DNA of 44,192 bases. Source: Chrysochromulina tobinii. Taxonomy: Eukaryota. The notes under the pieces were generated by a model. That model searched no databases. It had not been told where the DNA came from and was given only the letters and a program-made list of their open reading frames with translations. A program made the translations under genes and the position numbers. Shown here one piece after another: positions 11,801 to 23,800 of the stretch; position 1 is the stretch's first letter; the number at the start of each line of letters is the position of its first letter. The stretch lies in NCBI GenBank assembly GCA_001275005.1, contig JWZX01002775.1, positions 1 through 44,192 of the forward strand, given 5' to 3'.

Positions 11801-14800
11801 CCGTACCGGACGCCAAACCAGTGCTCGCAATCAAGAACAATCAAGAACAATCACGCGCCATCAAGCGCCATCAAGCGCCGTACCGGACGCCAAACCAGTG
11901 CTCGCAATCAAGAACAATCAAGAACAATCAAGAGCCATCAAGAGCCAGCAAGCGCCGTACCGGACGCCAAACCAGTGCTCGACGATGACGTCCGTGAGCC
12001 GCTTCTCGTACACGAGGATGAGTGCCTGCCAAATAAGGCAACCCACAATTGTCGGAGGGAATCAGAGGTCCGCAGTTAAAGTCAGGGACTCACGTGCCCT
12101 GATTAGGGACTCTATGTGCCCTAATTAGGTATCGCAATGATCAGGGGGGGCATCGGTGACGAAACCGCGTGAGGAGACCGACGAGACTCGCCTGGCTCGC
12201 CTTCTACGAGGGGACCTCTTATCAGGGGGGGCATCGGTGACGAAACCGCGTGACGAGACTCACCTGGCCTGCCTTGTACGAGGGGACACTGGTGCGTACT
12301 ACCGTGTCGGGCCTCGGGTCGATGACGATCTCCATCTTGGTCGTACTCCGCTTGAAGGACTTGGAGGTCGAGAGGCCGTCGACGTGCACGCCATCGTAGG
12401 CGACTTCGACCGTGTCGTCGTCGCGCATCTGATGAGGAACATGATCAGTGGCAATCATCAGCAATCAGTGGCAATCAGTGGCAATCATAAGCAATCAGTT
12501 GCAATCCATGGCAATCCATGGCACCTCGACCACCGTCGCGCAGCCGAATGATGTCTTGAGGCGAGCGCCGACCGAGCAGCCGTAGGCAAGCCAGGGGGTG
12601 GCCACCACATTGACAGAGGCGCGCCCTTTGCCCTTGACATTGATGAGGAGTGTGGGGACGTCGCCTGCCTTGATGGCCTGCGAAGACAAGGGCAGCCGCA
12701 CGACCTAATGAGGGCGGCAATCGGAGAGGTCCTCAGACGCCATCAGAAGACTGACCTGGGAAGACCAGGGTAGCCACACGTTCTCTAACTCGAGCCGGTC
12801 AGCGAAGGTGTCTGCTGGCGCACGCGACGAGCGGAAGCGCCCGATGACCTGCGCATGCAATGGGGGAGGAAAGAGGTGATGCGCATGCAATGGGGGAGGG
12901 AAGAGGTGAGCATCCGATGCAATTCGGTGTCATCAAGTGCAATCCGGTGTCATCCAGTGCAATCGGGTGTCATCAAGTGGATAGCAGAGGAGCGGCAGCG
13001 CCGTCGAACGCACCTGCATGTTGAACATCGCGATCACGGTCAGGTCTTCGGTCTCGCCCATCACCGATGCCGCGTCAGAACCATCCGCAATGCGAAATGT
13101 ACAGCCGTTGCAGTTGAACAGCAAGATCATGCTTCCTGGCCCTGCCCAATCGTGGCGTGATTGCGTGGCGCCGTTGGGGTTGGACGATGCATGCTTCGAG
13201 GGCTTGCCCCCAGCCCAAAACTCAGGCCCACTCGCCGTGTACCTGGTGAGGGACGCAAAGATCAGAGGGCATCAGAGGGCATCAGAGGTCATCCGAGGTC
13301 ATCCGAGGCCGGCCATCCGAGAGGTCATCCGAGGTCATCCGAGCACGTACGAGGCTTCCGTGGACTCGACCATATCCTTCTTCGACCAGCCAAAGTAACG
13401 GCGGATCACGCCAATGCCCTGGCGCGCCTGCTCCTCGAGAGCCGAACGCGCTGTGGTGAGCACTTGCTTGCAAGGCAGGTCATCAGTGGCAAGCAACGTC
13501 GTCGAGCTGGCGCGCCTGCTCAATGCCCGGCTTCTCAAGAGGGTTTCGTCCGCACGAGAGCGTGATCTCGTCGCTGAGCTCGCAGAACGAGATCGGGAGC
13601 TCGATGATCTTGTTTTCGGAGATATCGAGCTTCTTGAGCGCGGTCAGCTTGCCCATGTCGAGCGGCAGGACGGTGATCATGTTCTTGTGCACGTCGAGCA
13701 CCTCGAGCCCCGTAATCAGGCAGAGGGAGGTTGGCAAGTCGACGAGCTGATTCGAGTAGAGCAGCAGGTGGCGCAGCGTGAGCATCGTGCCAATGAGCGA
13801 TGGCACCTGTGGGAAGACGGCGCGCTGGGGTGAGCGCTTGCATGCAAGGCGGGTCTTCCGTGGCAATCAAGGGCCATCAAGGGCCATCAACGCACCCTCA
13901 GCAACCGATTCTTCTCGAGAGAGAGCGTGCGCACGGAGCGGAGCTTGCATAGCGGGGCGAGCGTGGACGCATCTCCAGCGAGATCGTTCTCGTCCATGCG
14001 GAGCTCGGCGAGCTGCGCGCGCGAGATCGAGGCAGATTGCACCTCGGTGAGATCTCGTGGCAAAGCGCAATCAGGGAGGCACTCAGGGAGGTCATCAGGG
14101 AGGCAATCAGGGAGGCAATCAGGGAGGCAATCAGAGAGGCAATAAGAGAGGCAATTAACGAGCCCTCACCTGCCCAAGTGATCTGCAGATGGCACCGGTC
14201 AGGTCCGTGAGCGACACGTCATCAGTGCCGGCCAGCCCTGCGGACTTGATGTGGAGTGACTTGACAGGCGCCTCCCCAAGCCCCTGGATGATCGCCTTGA
14301 TGCCCGACGCGCCGAATGGGTTGTGGTCGAGCTGCAGTGATGAGATGAGCAGATTGCCCTTCATCAGAGTACCCATGGCATGCGCCGAGAGCAAGCCGAG
14401 ATTGAGGTGAGCGACGTTCAGGGCCGACTCGGCGCCTGATTGTCCTCGAAGCTGTGGGATGGTCCGCGGGATGGTCATGAGTGGTCATCAGAGGCCATCA
14501 GAGGTCATCAGAGGTCATCAGAGGTCATCAGTGAGATTGTACCTGCGGGATGGTAAGCGCGGTGGCGCCTTCGATCTTCACGGTCATCATCTTCGGATGC
14601 GAGCGGATGGCGTCGGCAACCTATTCCACGCCGATCGCATGAGGTCATTAGTAGTCATTAGTGGTCATCAGGGACGGCCATTACGGAAGGTCATTAGAGG
14701 CCATTACCTGCTCCACGCCGATCGCATCGATCGCGTTCCGGCCAGATACATCGAGATGCTCTAGGGTCTTGTTCTCCCTGAGCGCCGTTGCGACCGACGC

Positions 14801-17800
14801 GGCCCCAGCGTTGTTAACATCTGCCAGATCGGGAGGCAAGTGTGAACAGATCGGGAGGCACACGGCTCATCAATCGCCATCATGCTCGCGGCCAACGGAC
14901 GCACTCAGACGCGCAGGTGAGGCGCTCGAGCGTCGAGCTATACTTGACGCAATCAGAGATCATCAGAGATCATCAGAGATCATCAGTGGTACTCACCGGA
15001 CGAGAGGGTGAGGCGCTTGAGCGTCGAGTTGAACTTGACGACACCGGCGAGAAGCAGCACGACCGGATCGACCTTCCCACCAGGCTGTAGCTCCTTGGCC
15101 TCGCCTTCCTTGGTCTCCTTCGAGAAGTCGATGTGGCCTTCCTTATCAGGGTACGCCAGCTCGCTCTTCTCGGGCGTGATTTGGAAGGCGTCGCAGCTGA
15201 CGAAACCGACGAACCCGAGCCGGCAGTTGGAGGCTCAGCAGCTCATCAGTCGCAATCCATCGCAATCAGCGACTGCCATCAGCGGTGCTCACCTGACGAA
15301 CCCGAGCCGGCAGTTGCAGTCGTCCTGGAGGAGGTACGAGCCGATGAACGTGAGGATGTCGTGCGTGTTCGCGCCGGGCACCCCGCGCACGTCGAGCGAC
15401 GTCAGAGATTCGTTACGCTTGAGCGAGACCGCGAGCTCGTACCTGATGAGGGGCGCACTCAATGGTGATGAGGGGCGCAATCAAAGGTGATGGGGGGCGC
15501 AATCACAGGTGATGAGCGAGATCGCGAGCTCGTACCCATCCAAGTTAGGGTTGTCGGACACGTTGAGCACCTTGATGTTGCATGGTGCGCGTTCGGACCT
15601 GATGAGGGGCGCAATCAGCGGTCATCGTGAGCGGCGATCCGACGCAATCATCGATCAGCAGTTGTACTCAGCGGGGCAATGAGCTCATTCACACCAGAGG
15701 AGCTGCTTGAGCGCCGTCGTGAACTGCTTGCCGAGGTCGTTTTTGGCGAGGGAGAGGGAGGTGATCTTCTCGTACCCGTGATCTCCCTTGCCCAAGCCTT
15801 CCACAAGCGCCGAGATGAGCTTGCCGCCCGCCTTGTCGTTGAACTGGGCGTTGCTGAGCACCAAGGCGGTGATCTTGCACTGGTTGTCCTGTGAATGTGA
15901 AGGGCGAGAGCGCTGTGGTGAGCACTTGCATGCAAGGCGGTGATCTTGCACTAGTTGTCCTGGCACAGAGTGGCCGGAAAAGGATATGCCCTCGCTGTGG
16001 TGAGCACTTGCATGCAAGGCAGGTCATCAGTGGCAATTAACGTACCTGGCAGAGTGGCCGGAAAAGGATATGCCCTCCTTCGCCCTCCGCCCCGATTGCG
16101 ACGCCCACACCCGACGAGGTGAGGTCGAGGCACTCGAGCCGCGTGTTTGCGCTCACGAGGGCGCCTGTTCAGGGGGCAAACGGAACCGCAATCGGAACCG
16201 CAGGACGAGGTTCGTCAAGAGGGCGCTCGGGCGGAGAGGTTCGTCAAGAGGGCGCTCGGGCAGAGAGGTTCGTCAAGAGGGCACTCGGGCAGAGAGGTTC
16301 GTCAGCCCCCCGAGCGCGCGCCGATGATGCCGCACGTCACGCGGTTGAGGGTGCCGTTTTGGCACGCTGTCGAGAGGTCGACGCGCTTCAAGGCGTCATT
16401 GCTGGCACCGGTGAGCTCGGGTACAGGTAGGGTCACCACGGACTGGCCTCCCGATCGCGAGACGGTGATGATGTCGAGCCGCTGTAGCTTCTCGTTGCCT
16501 CGCAGCGCCTGCGCCAGGGTGTTGATCAGCTCAATCTTCATGTTGTTCAGCGTCACGTGCGTGAGCGTCCGGTTGCCTCGCAGGCAGCCCGCGAGCAAGC
16601 GGAACGGCTCTACGTCCTTCAAGTCGGAGCGTGAAAGGTCGAATTCACACCGTTCCACATTAGGAAAGAGGCCGAAGTCGTTACAATAGGCGACCTGCGC
16701 GTTCGGGTTCGTCAGCAACGCGTTCCCAATCTCCGATCGCGCCTTCGAGTCGATCGTAGCTCCGGGCCCGAGATTGAAGGCGGTGAGCGTCGTGTTGGCA
16801 CGAAGCGCGCCCGCGATCAAGACGGCGTCCGAGGTCGACGCCTCTTTTGGCCACGTGAGCGTCTTCGTCTCCTCGGAGAGCACGAACCTGATGAGGGAGG
16901 CAATCAGACGTCATCAGAGGTCATCAGAGGTCATCAGACGTCTCCTCGGAGAGCACGAACCAGATGAGGGAGGCAATCCGCATGCACTCAGGAAAGGCGA
17001 TGAGGGAGGCAATCTGCATGCAATGAGGGAGGCACTCAGGCGCCGCAATCAGAAAGGCCGTGACGGAGGTCATCAGGGAGGCAATCAGGGAGGCCATTAG
17101 GGAGGCAATCAGGGAGGCAACAGCCATCAGAGAAGTCCGCACGCACATGTCACAGTGCAAGAAGGAGAGCTTGCGAGATTTGTTCTCGAGCAGAGCTCGG
17201 CCGATCTCGTCCTTGGCGCGCGTCGGCAGATGGCGATCTGAATGTTCGACGAGCTCCACCGACACCAGTGAGGGATGCTTACGCAACAGCTCGGCCAAGG
17301 CAGGCGTCTACCGACGGCTGATTATGCGAGAGGCCTGCGCAGAAGGGGCGCCATCGTTTGTCGCTCGTCATCGGGAGGGGCGCTAGCATTGCGCTCGTCA
17401 TCAGGAGGGGCGTTAGCATTGGGCTCGTCATCAGGAGGCCATCCGAGCCCATCCATGGTCCGTCAAGGTGCAATCAGACGCAATCAGTGCCGAGGACGCA
17501 CCGAGCCGGCGCTGGTTCGTCAAGGTGCAATCAGACGCAATCAGTGCCGAGGACGCACCGAGCCGGCGCAGCCCCTTGAGGGATTGCAGGCTGTTGCAAA
17601 TCATCCGCACGCCCACCATGCCGAGGTTATTGCTGTTCACGTTGAGGTCGGTGAGAGAGCGGTTATTGGCGAGCGCCTCGCACATCCGGTGGAAGCCACT
17701 GAAGTGCGTCTCGACGAGGGTGGAGAGCTGGTTGTTCGAGATGTCGAACTTGGTCAGTTTGGGGCACGTGACGAGCATGCGCGCCATCCCGGGCACATCC

Positions 17801-20800
17801 TCCCAGCTGATGTCGTTCTGCGAGACGTTGATGTTCTGCACCTCCAGGTTCGAGTCCGTGATGAACCAGAGCGCGGACCTTCCATTTTCGGACAGGGGTT
17901 CGTCATGGAAGTCCCAAGTGGGCCGTTGGCGAGCGAGAAGAGCGCCAAGGTAGCCCGAGGCGATCCGGCACGTGTTATTCATGTACCTGAGGAGGGACGC
18001 AATTCGAAGCGATTAGGGGCCAAGAGAAGCCATCATAGGCGCACGCCCGAACAACCCGAGGCAATTAGAGGCAATTAGAGGCAATTAGAGGCAATTAGAG
18101 GCCATTAGAGGCCATTGGAGGCCATCAGAGGCGCACGCCCGAATGACCCGAGGCAAGTCGGCACGTGTGATTCTCAACGTACCGGTTGTTGAGGAATTCG
18201 GCGGCCGCCTTGTCATTGACCCAGCCCGGCCAGCCCGGACCAGCGGGCGGCGTGAGAGACGTGACCGTGATCAGGAGGTACTCGGCATAAAGGCCCTCCT
18301 GGAAGGAGAGGTGCTTGAACTGGTACTGCGCGGGCGCCTTGTCGGTCTGCATGGCGAGCGTCGCCGCGAGCGCCACGCCGTACTCGCCGTCCAAATCGAG
18401 GCGTGACCTGATGATGGAGGCAATCAGAGGTCATCATCCGAGGTCATCATCGAGCTCAGGTCCAGCTGAGCGGCCTGATGAGGGTGGCACTCAGAGAGGT
18501 CATCAGAGGCAATCAGACGTACCAAAGGCCCAGCTCGTCGGGATTGAGCCCGAGGACGCAATCAGAGGTCATCAGAGAGGTCATCAGAGGCAATCAGACG
18601 TACCAAAGGCCCAGCTCGTCGGGATTGAGCCCGAGGACGCACGCCACGTTCTTGCTTGTGAATTCACGCCGGCCGTTTTCTTGGTTGTTCACAGCGACGC
18701 GCCGGAGCATCTTCTTGCACACTTCATTCAGCTGCGCTTCCGTCTGCGACGGAGGCATCAACACGTACTCGACGAGCGCGGTGACGACCGTGTGCATGGC
18801 ATGAGACTTGGGGACGACCGCCACAATGCCAGTGCGCATGTCGAACCCAGGCACCTGAGGAAGGAGGCAATGAGAGGCAATGAGAGGCAATGAGAGGCAA
18901 TGAGAGGCAATGAGAGGCAATGAGAGGCAATTAGAGGCAATGAGAGGCAATGAGAGGCAATGGGAGGCAATGAGAGGCAATGAGAGGCAATGAGAGGCAA
19001 TGAGAGGCAATGAGAGGCAATGAGAGGCAATTAGAGGCAATTAGAGGCAATGAGAGGCAATGAGAGGCAATGGGAGGCAATTGGAGGCAAGTAGAGGCCA
19101 TCAGAGGCTCATCAGTGGTCATCAGAGGCCATCAGAGGCCATCAGAAATGCAATTCGAGGTGCGCTTGTCGAGATCCGCGCACCTTGGACCGTTGAAGCA
19201 CTCGCAATGAGTGTGTATCGCAATCAGTGCTCATCAGTGCTCATCAGTGCTCATCAGTGCTCATCCGCGCACCTTGGACCGTTGAAGCACTCGCACACAG
19301 AGCGCATAGCAATCGGCGACCTCGTCTTCGCCCGAGACGACGCGAACCTTCTTGCCACGCAAGATCGAGTTGAGATCCAACGCTGCCTCGAGCGTCTTGA
19401 CTTGTTTTTGCTGCACCTGCGTCGTCTCCTGCACCTTCTCCTCCTTCCCACTCGCCGCCGCGCCTCCCGATGAGTAGGCAGAGCCCAGGGACTCTTCCAA
19501 GGAGCCCTTGCGCTTCTGGCGTTGCCGACCGCCCCCGGCTTGGGCTGCCTCCTCCTGGTCCTTCGCCGCGGCCTGATGAGGGGAGCCATCAGAGGTCATC
19601 AGAGGCCATCAAGAGGCCATCAAGAGGCCATCAGAGGCCATCCGAGGTAATCAGTGGCCATCCGATGCCATCAGAGGTCATCCGATACAATCAGGTGCAC
19701 TCAAATGCAATCCGGATCATCAGTGGTAGTCAGCGGCCATTACCTTCTCGGCTTCCTTGAGCTCCTTTTCGACCTTCTCCTTGCCCGCCGAGGACTGTAC
19801 CTCGATTCGCATCCGGTTCCGAATGCCGGCCGAGATGCCTAATTTGGTACACGGGAAGCCGAGAGCGCTGTGGTGAGCACTTGCATGCCAGGCAGGTCAT
19901 CAGTAGCAATCCGCATACCTAGTTTGTACAGCTGCAGCCGCGTGTCAGGCAGCTCGCCCAGGTCGATGACGGCGCTCTCCCCGCTATCCTTCCCGCTTTG
20001 GATCGCAGAGTAACTGATGAGGGAGGCAATCAGGCGTCCTCAGAGACCATCAGACGTACTGCGGAGGCAATCAGTCGTCATCGGATGCAATCAGAGGTCC
20101 TCAGCACGCGTACGTGAGCAGCAGCATCGAGAGAAGGACGGGCACTCCGATGGCCTCGACGAGGAAGGAAAGGAGGAACTCGAACTTCTCATCAAACGCC
20201 TTCTGGCTCATGTTGAGCATTCGATCGAAGAAGAAGTCGTGGGCGGCCCGGAAGGCCGCATCCTTTTCGAACGCCTCGTGGATCTGCTTGTGGATGATGC
20301 TGATTGCGACGGGGACGACCTTGACCTTCTCAAGGCCCAACCCCTTTTCGGAGGCGAGGATCATCGTGAAGCTCATCGAACGCACCTGATGAGGGCGGCA
20401 ATCAGGAGTGTCATCAGATGAGGGAAGCAATCAGGCACGTCGCGGAAGGTGTGAAGCTCATCGAACGCACGTGTGTCGGATGCATGCCATCGTTGCCGTA
20501 ACGGTTGAGGACGTGGACCGGCGTGAGCGTGGTCAAATCTCCCTTCATCTCGAGGTCGAACCCGTTGATGAGCACCTTCATCAGCTCGAGGCAGTGCTCG
20601 CCCGAGTCGATGGAGAACGTAACGGTCGCTGCGGACTTTGGAAGCGCCTCGGGGGGCTCGACGCCACCGAGGTACCTGATGAGGGAGGTAATCAGGTAGG
20701 TCATCAGTGACAATCAATAGGCAACCCGAGGTGTCATCAGAGGTCATCAGAGAAGCAGCACGCTCGTGATGAAGCCGAGGAGGAGTCATCAGAGGTCATC

Positions 20801-23800
20801 AGTGGCCATCTAGAGGCCATCTAGAGGCCACCAGTGGCCATCAGTGGCCACCAGTGGCCATCTAGAGGCCATCAGAGCTCCTCAGAGGAGCAGCACGCAC
20901 GTGGCTTCGATCCATAAAGCCACTGGGTTCATGTAGGTTATGTTCGGGAGTTGTTTGGCAGAATTGGGGATTAGGTCTCCTTTGATCTTGTCGCGCATCA
21001 GGCAGAATCCGTCCACGTTCGCCGCGGAGGCGATGCAGCCGAGAAAGTGCATCAGGGTCGGCTGGATCGCGTCAAAGGAGATGTACCTGGACGCAGCGAG
21101 GCGCACAAGCGAGGCACTCAGGGAGGCGATTGGGCAGGTCATCAGGAAGGAAGGCCGTGACGGAGGTCATCAGGGAAGCAATCTGGGAGGCAATCAGGAA
21201 GGCCGTTACGGAGGCCATCAGGGAAGCAATCTGGGAGGCAATCAGGAAGGCCGTGACGGAGGTCATCAGTGAGGCGATGGGGAGGCACTCATGGAGGCCA
21301 TCAGGGCGAAACACGTACAGCTGCTCCACGGTCTGAATGACTTGATGCCACAGGCCAGACGCAACGATGGGGACCGCGCGCCCACCACGACGCCCTCCTG
21401 ACGCCGGCAGCTTGCGCTGCAGCGCAATCTTGGTCAGGGCCTCGGCCATCTCGACTGTGTAGAAGCCCGCAGGCATCGCCTGATGAGGAGAGCCATCCGA
21501 CGCGCAATCAGATGCAATCAGACAGGCATCGCCTGATGAGGGGAGCCATCCGACGCGCAATCAGATGCAATCAGATGCACTAGGATGCAATGAGATGCAA
21601 TGAGATGCAATGAGATGCAATGAGATGCAATGAGATGCAATGAGATGCAATGAGATGCAATGAGATGCATTCAGATACAATCAGATACAATCGGATGCAA
21701 TTCGATGCAAGAGCGGTCATCCGCGGTCATCGGCGGTCATCCGCGGCCATTAGCGGCCATCACCTTGAGCGCCATCTCGACCGCGGGGATGACGTGAGCA
21801 CGCGAGCTCGGCGAAGGCAGTGGACGGATCTCAAACTCGAGCAGATCGAGCAGATGCTCCTTCTCGCCCTTGGCGTTCGGGATCCTCGAGGGAGACATGA
21901 TCTTCTTGTTGAATTGGTTGATGAAGGGCTGGCGGAGCTCGCGCATGCATTCCTTCTCGGCTTCCTCGAGGTATGTTTGTAGCTCGACTTGAGAGTCCAC
22001 CATCAGCCGGCGCTGCGGGCGCGACGACATCAGCATGCGCTGCTTCATGACGAACTCCTTGAAGTTCGACTCGCGCTGCTTCCGCTTGAACTCCTCCTCC
22101 GCTTGCTGCTCTGCATTCGATAGACCCTTGGACGCGTGCTTGCCCTGTGGGGCGAGTGGTTGGCGTTGGGGTTCGGCTCAGTGTTAGGGCTAGGGCTCGG
22201 ATTAGGCTGAGGGCGGGTTGGGCTTCGGTTCAGGGCTAGGGCTAGGGTTGGGCTTAGGGCTAGGGTTACCTGCGACGGGTGGCTGGCTTCATCGAGATCG
22301 CGCTCCAGATCGCGAGCTGCGGCGAGATCGAGGATCTGCTGGGCGGTCTGCATGACCCTCTCATCTCGAGCCGCGAGCTCCGTCGGGCCGAATCTCGCGT
22401 CCTCGAGATCAATGCGCATCGACTCGGTGCGGAAGACCTCTTTGTACCTGTGGGGAAGAGCGCGCACAGGGCGCCGAGATGAGCACATGCATGCATTGAC
22501 TCGGTGCGGAAGACCTCTTTGTACCGGAGGTCAAGGTCATCAGGGGTCATCAGAGGTCCTCAGAGGTCATCAGCTTGTACCGGAGGTCAAGGTCATCAGG
22601 GGTCATCAGAGGTCATCACGGGTCATCACAGGTCATCAGTGAGATTGTACCGGAGGTCGAGGTTCTTGCGGCACTCGGCGATGTTGACGAGATGCTCGAA
22701 GAAACGGTTGCCCTGCACGCACGAAACGCTCGCGAGCCATCAGTACGCAATCTGGACGCAATCTGGACGCAATCAGGACGCGATCAAGGCGTACCTGCAG
22801 CTGCATCTGGATCACGGTGCGCTGCTGCTCTTGGGAGAGCTCCTTGAGATTCACCTGAGATCGAGAGGGCAATTAGGGAGACCATCAGAGGGAGGCCATC
22901 AGAGGGAGCCTCACAATGACGAAACGCAACAGGGAGGCCATCAGAGGGAGGTCATCAGAGGGATGCCATCAGAGGGAGGCTATCATAGGCCATCAGCGGG
23001 AGCCTCACAATGACGAAACGCGATTTATACTCGTCCACGTCGACACCTTCGGGGCGCGACGTGACCATCAGCCGATTGCCCGAAGGGACGAGCTCATAGT
23101 GAACGAAGGCTTCGACGATCTCGCGCATGCCCGCGGCTTCGTCAACCCCATCGACGAGCACGACGAGCGCACAGAGCTCATGCGCGATCAGAAGCATCCG
23201 TCGGTCCTCGTGGCGGTCGATGAACTCAGAGGAGATGTACCTGCCATATCGGGCATTAGAGGTCATTAGTGGTCATGAGGTCATTAGAGGTCATTGGCGG
23301 TCGATGAACTCAGAGGAGATCTACCTGCCATCTCGGCAGCATCTCGGCATCACATCAGGGCTCATCAGGCGCCAATCAGATGCAATCAGATGCAATCAGA
23401 GGCCATCAGAGGCCATCAGAGGCCATCAGAGGGCATCAGAGGGCATCAGAGGGCATCAGAGGCCATCAGAGGCCATCAGAGCCGAGGACGTACCAGCGCA
23501 GCAGGCCGTTCGGATCGGAAAGGAGCTCCTGTGGATCATCTCCGTGCTCGCGTAGCAGCCGGACAATGCGCTGCACGAAGACAATCACAGGCACGAGCCT
23601 CACGCCCTCGCCCGCGGTCTTTGGGTCCCCACAGCCCTCGGCCACCATGAAGAGAGCCTGCTTGATCATCCACGTCTTACCAGTGCCCGGTCCGGCGCGC
23701 ACGAGCACGGGCTGGGCCGCATGGGTGCCTTCTTGCCGCTTGGGTGAGGGTTGCATCTGCTCAGAGGTCATTAGAGGTCATTAGAGGTACTCAGAGGTCA

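Noticed and set aside
13380..13810. ROCO (Roc-COR) protein suggested by the LRR cap NPLEKPGIEQARQGIGVIRRYF
   Set aside because: No Roc GTPase P-loop follows; the downstream sequence is the duplicated module instead.
18594..19122. ORFs with LPLIASHCLS, MREAIR or SEVIRGHQR repeats throughout the ORF track
   Set aside because: They are translations of stop-poor intronic tandem arrays.
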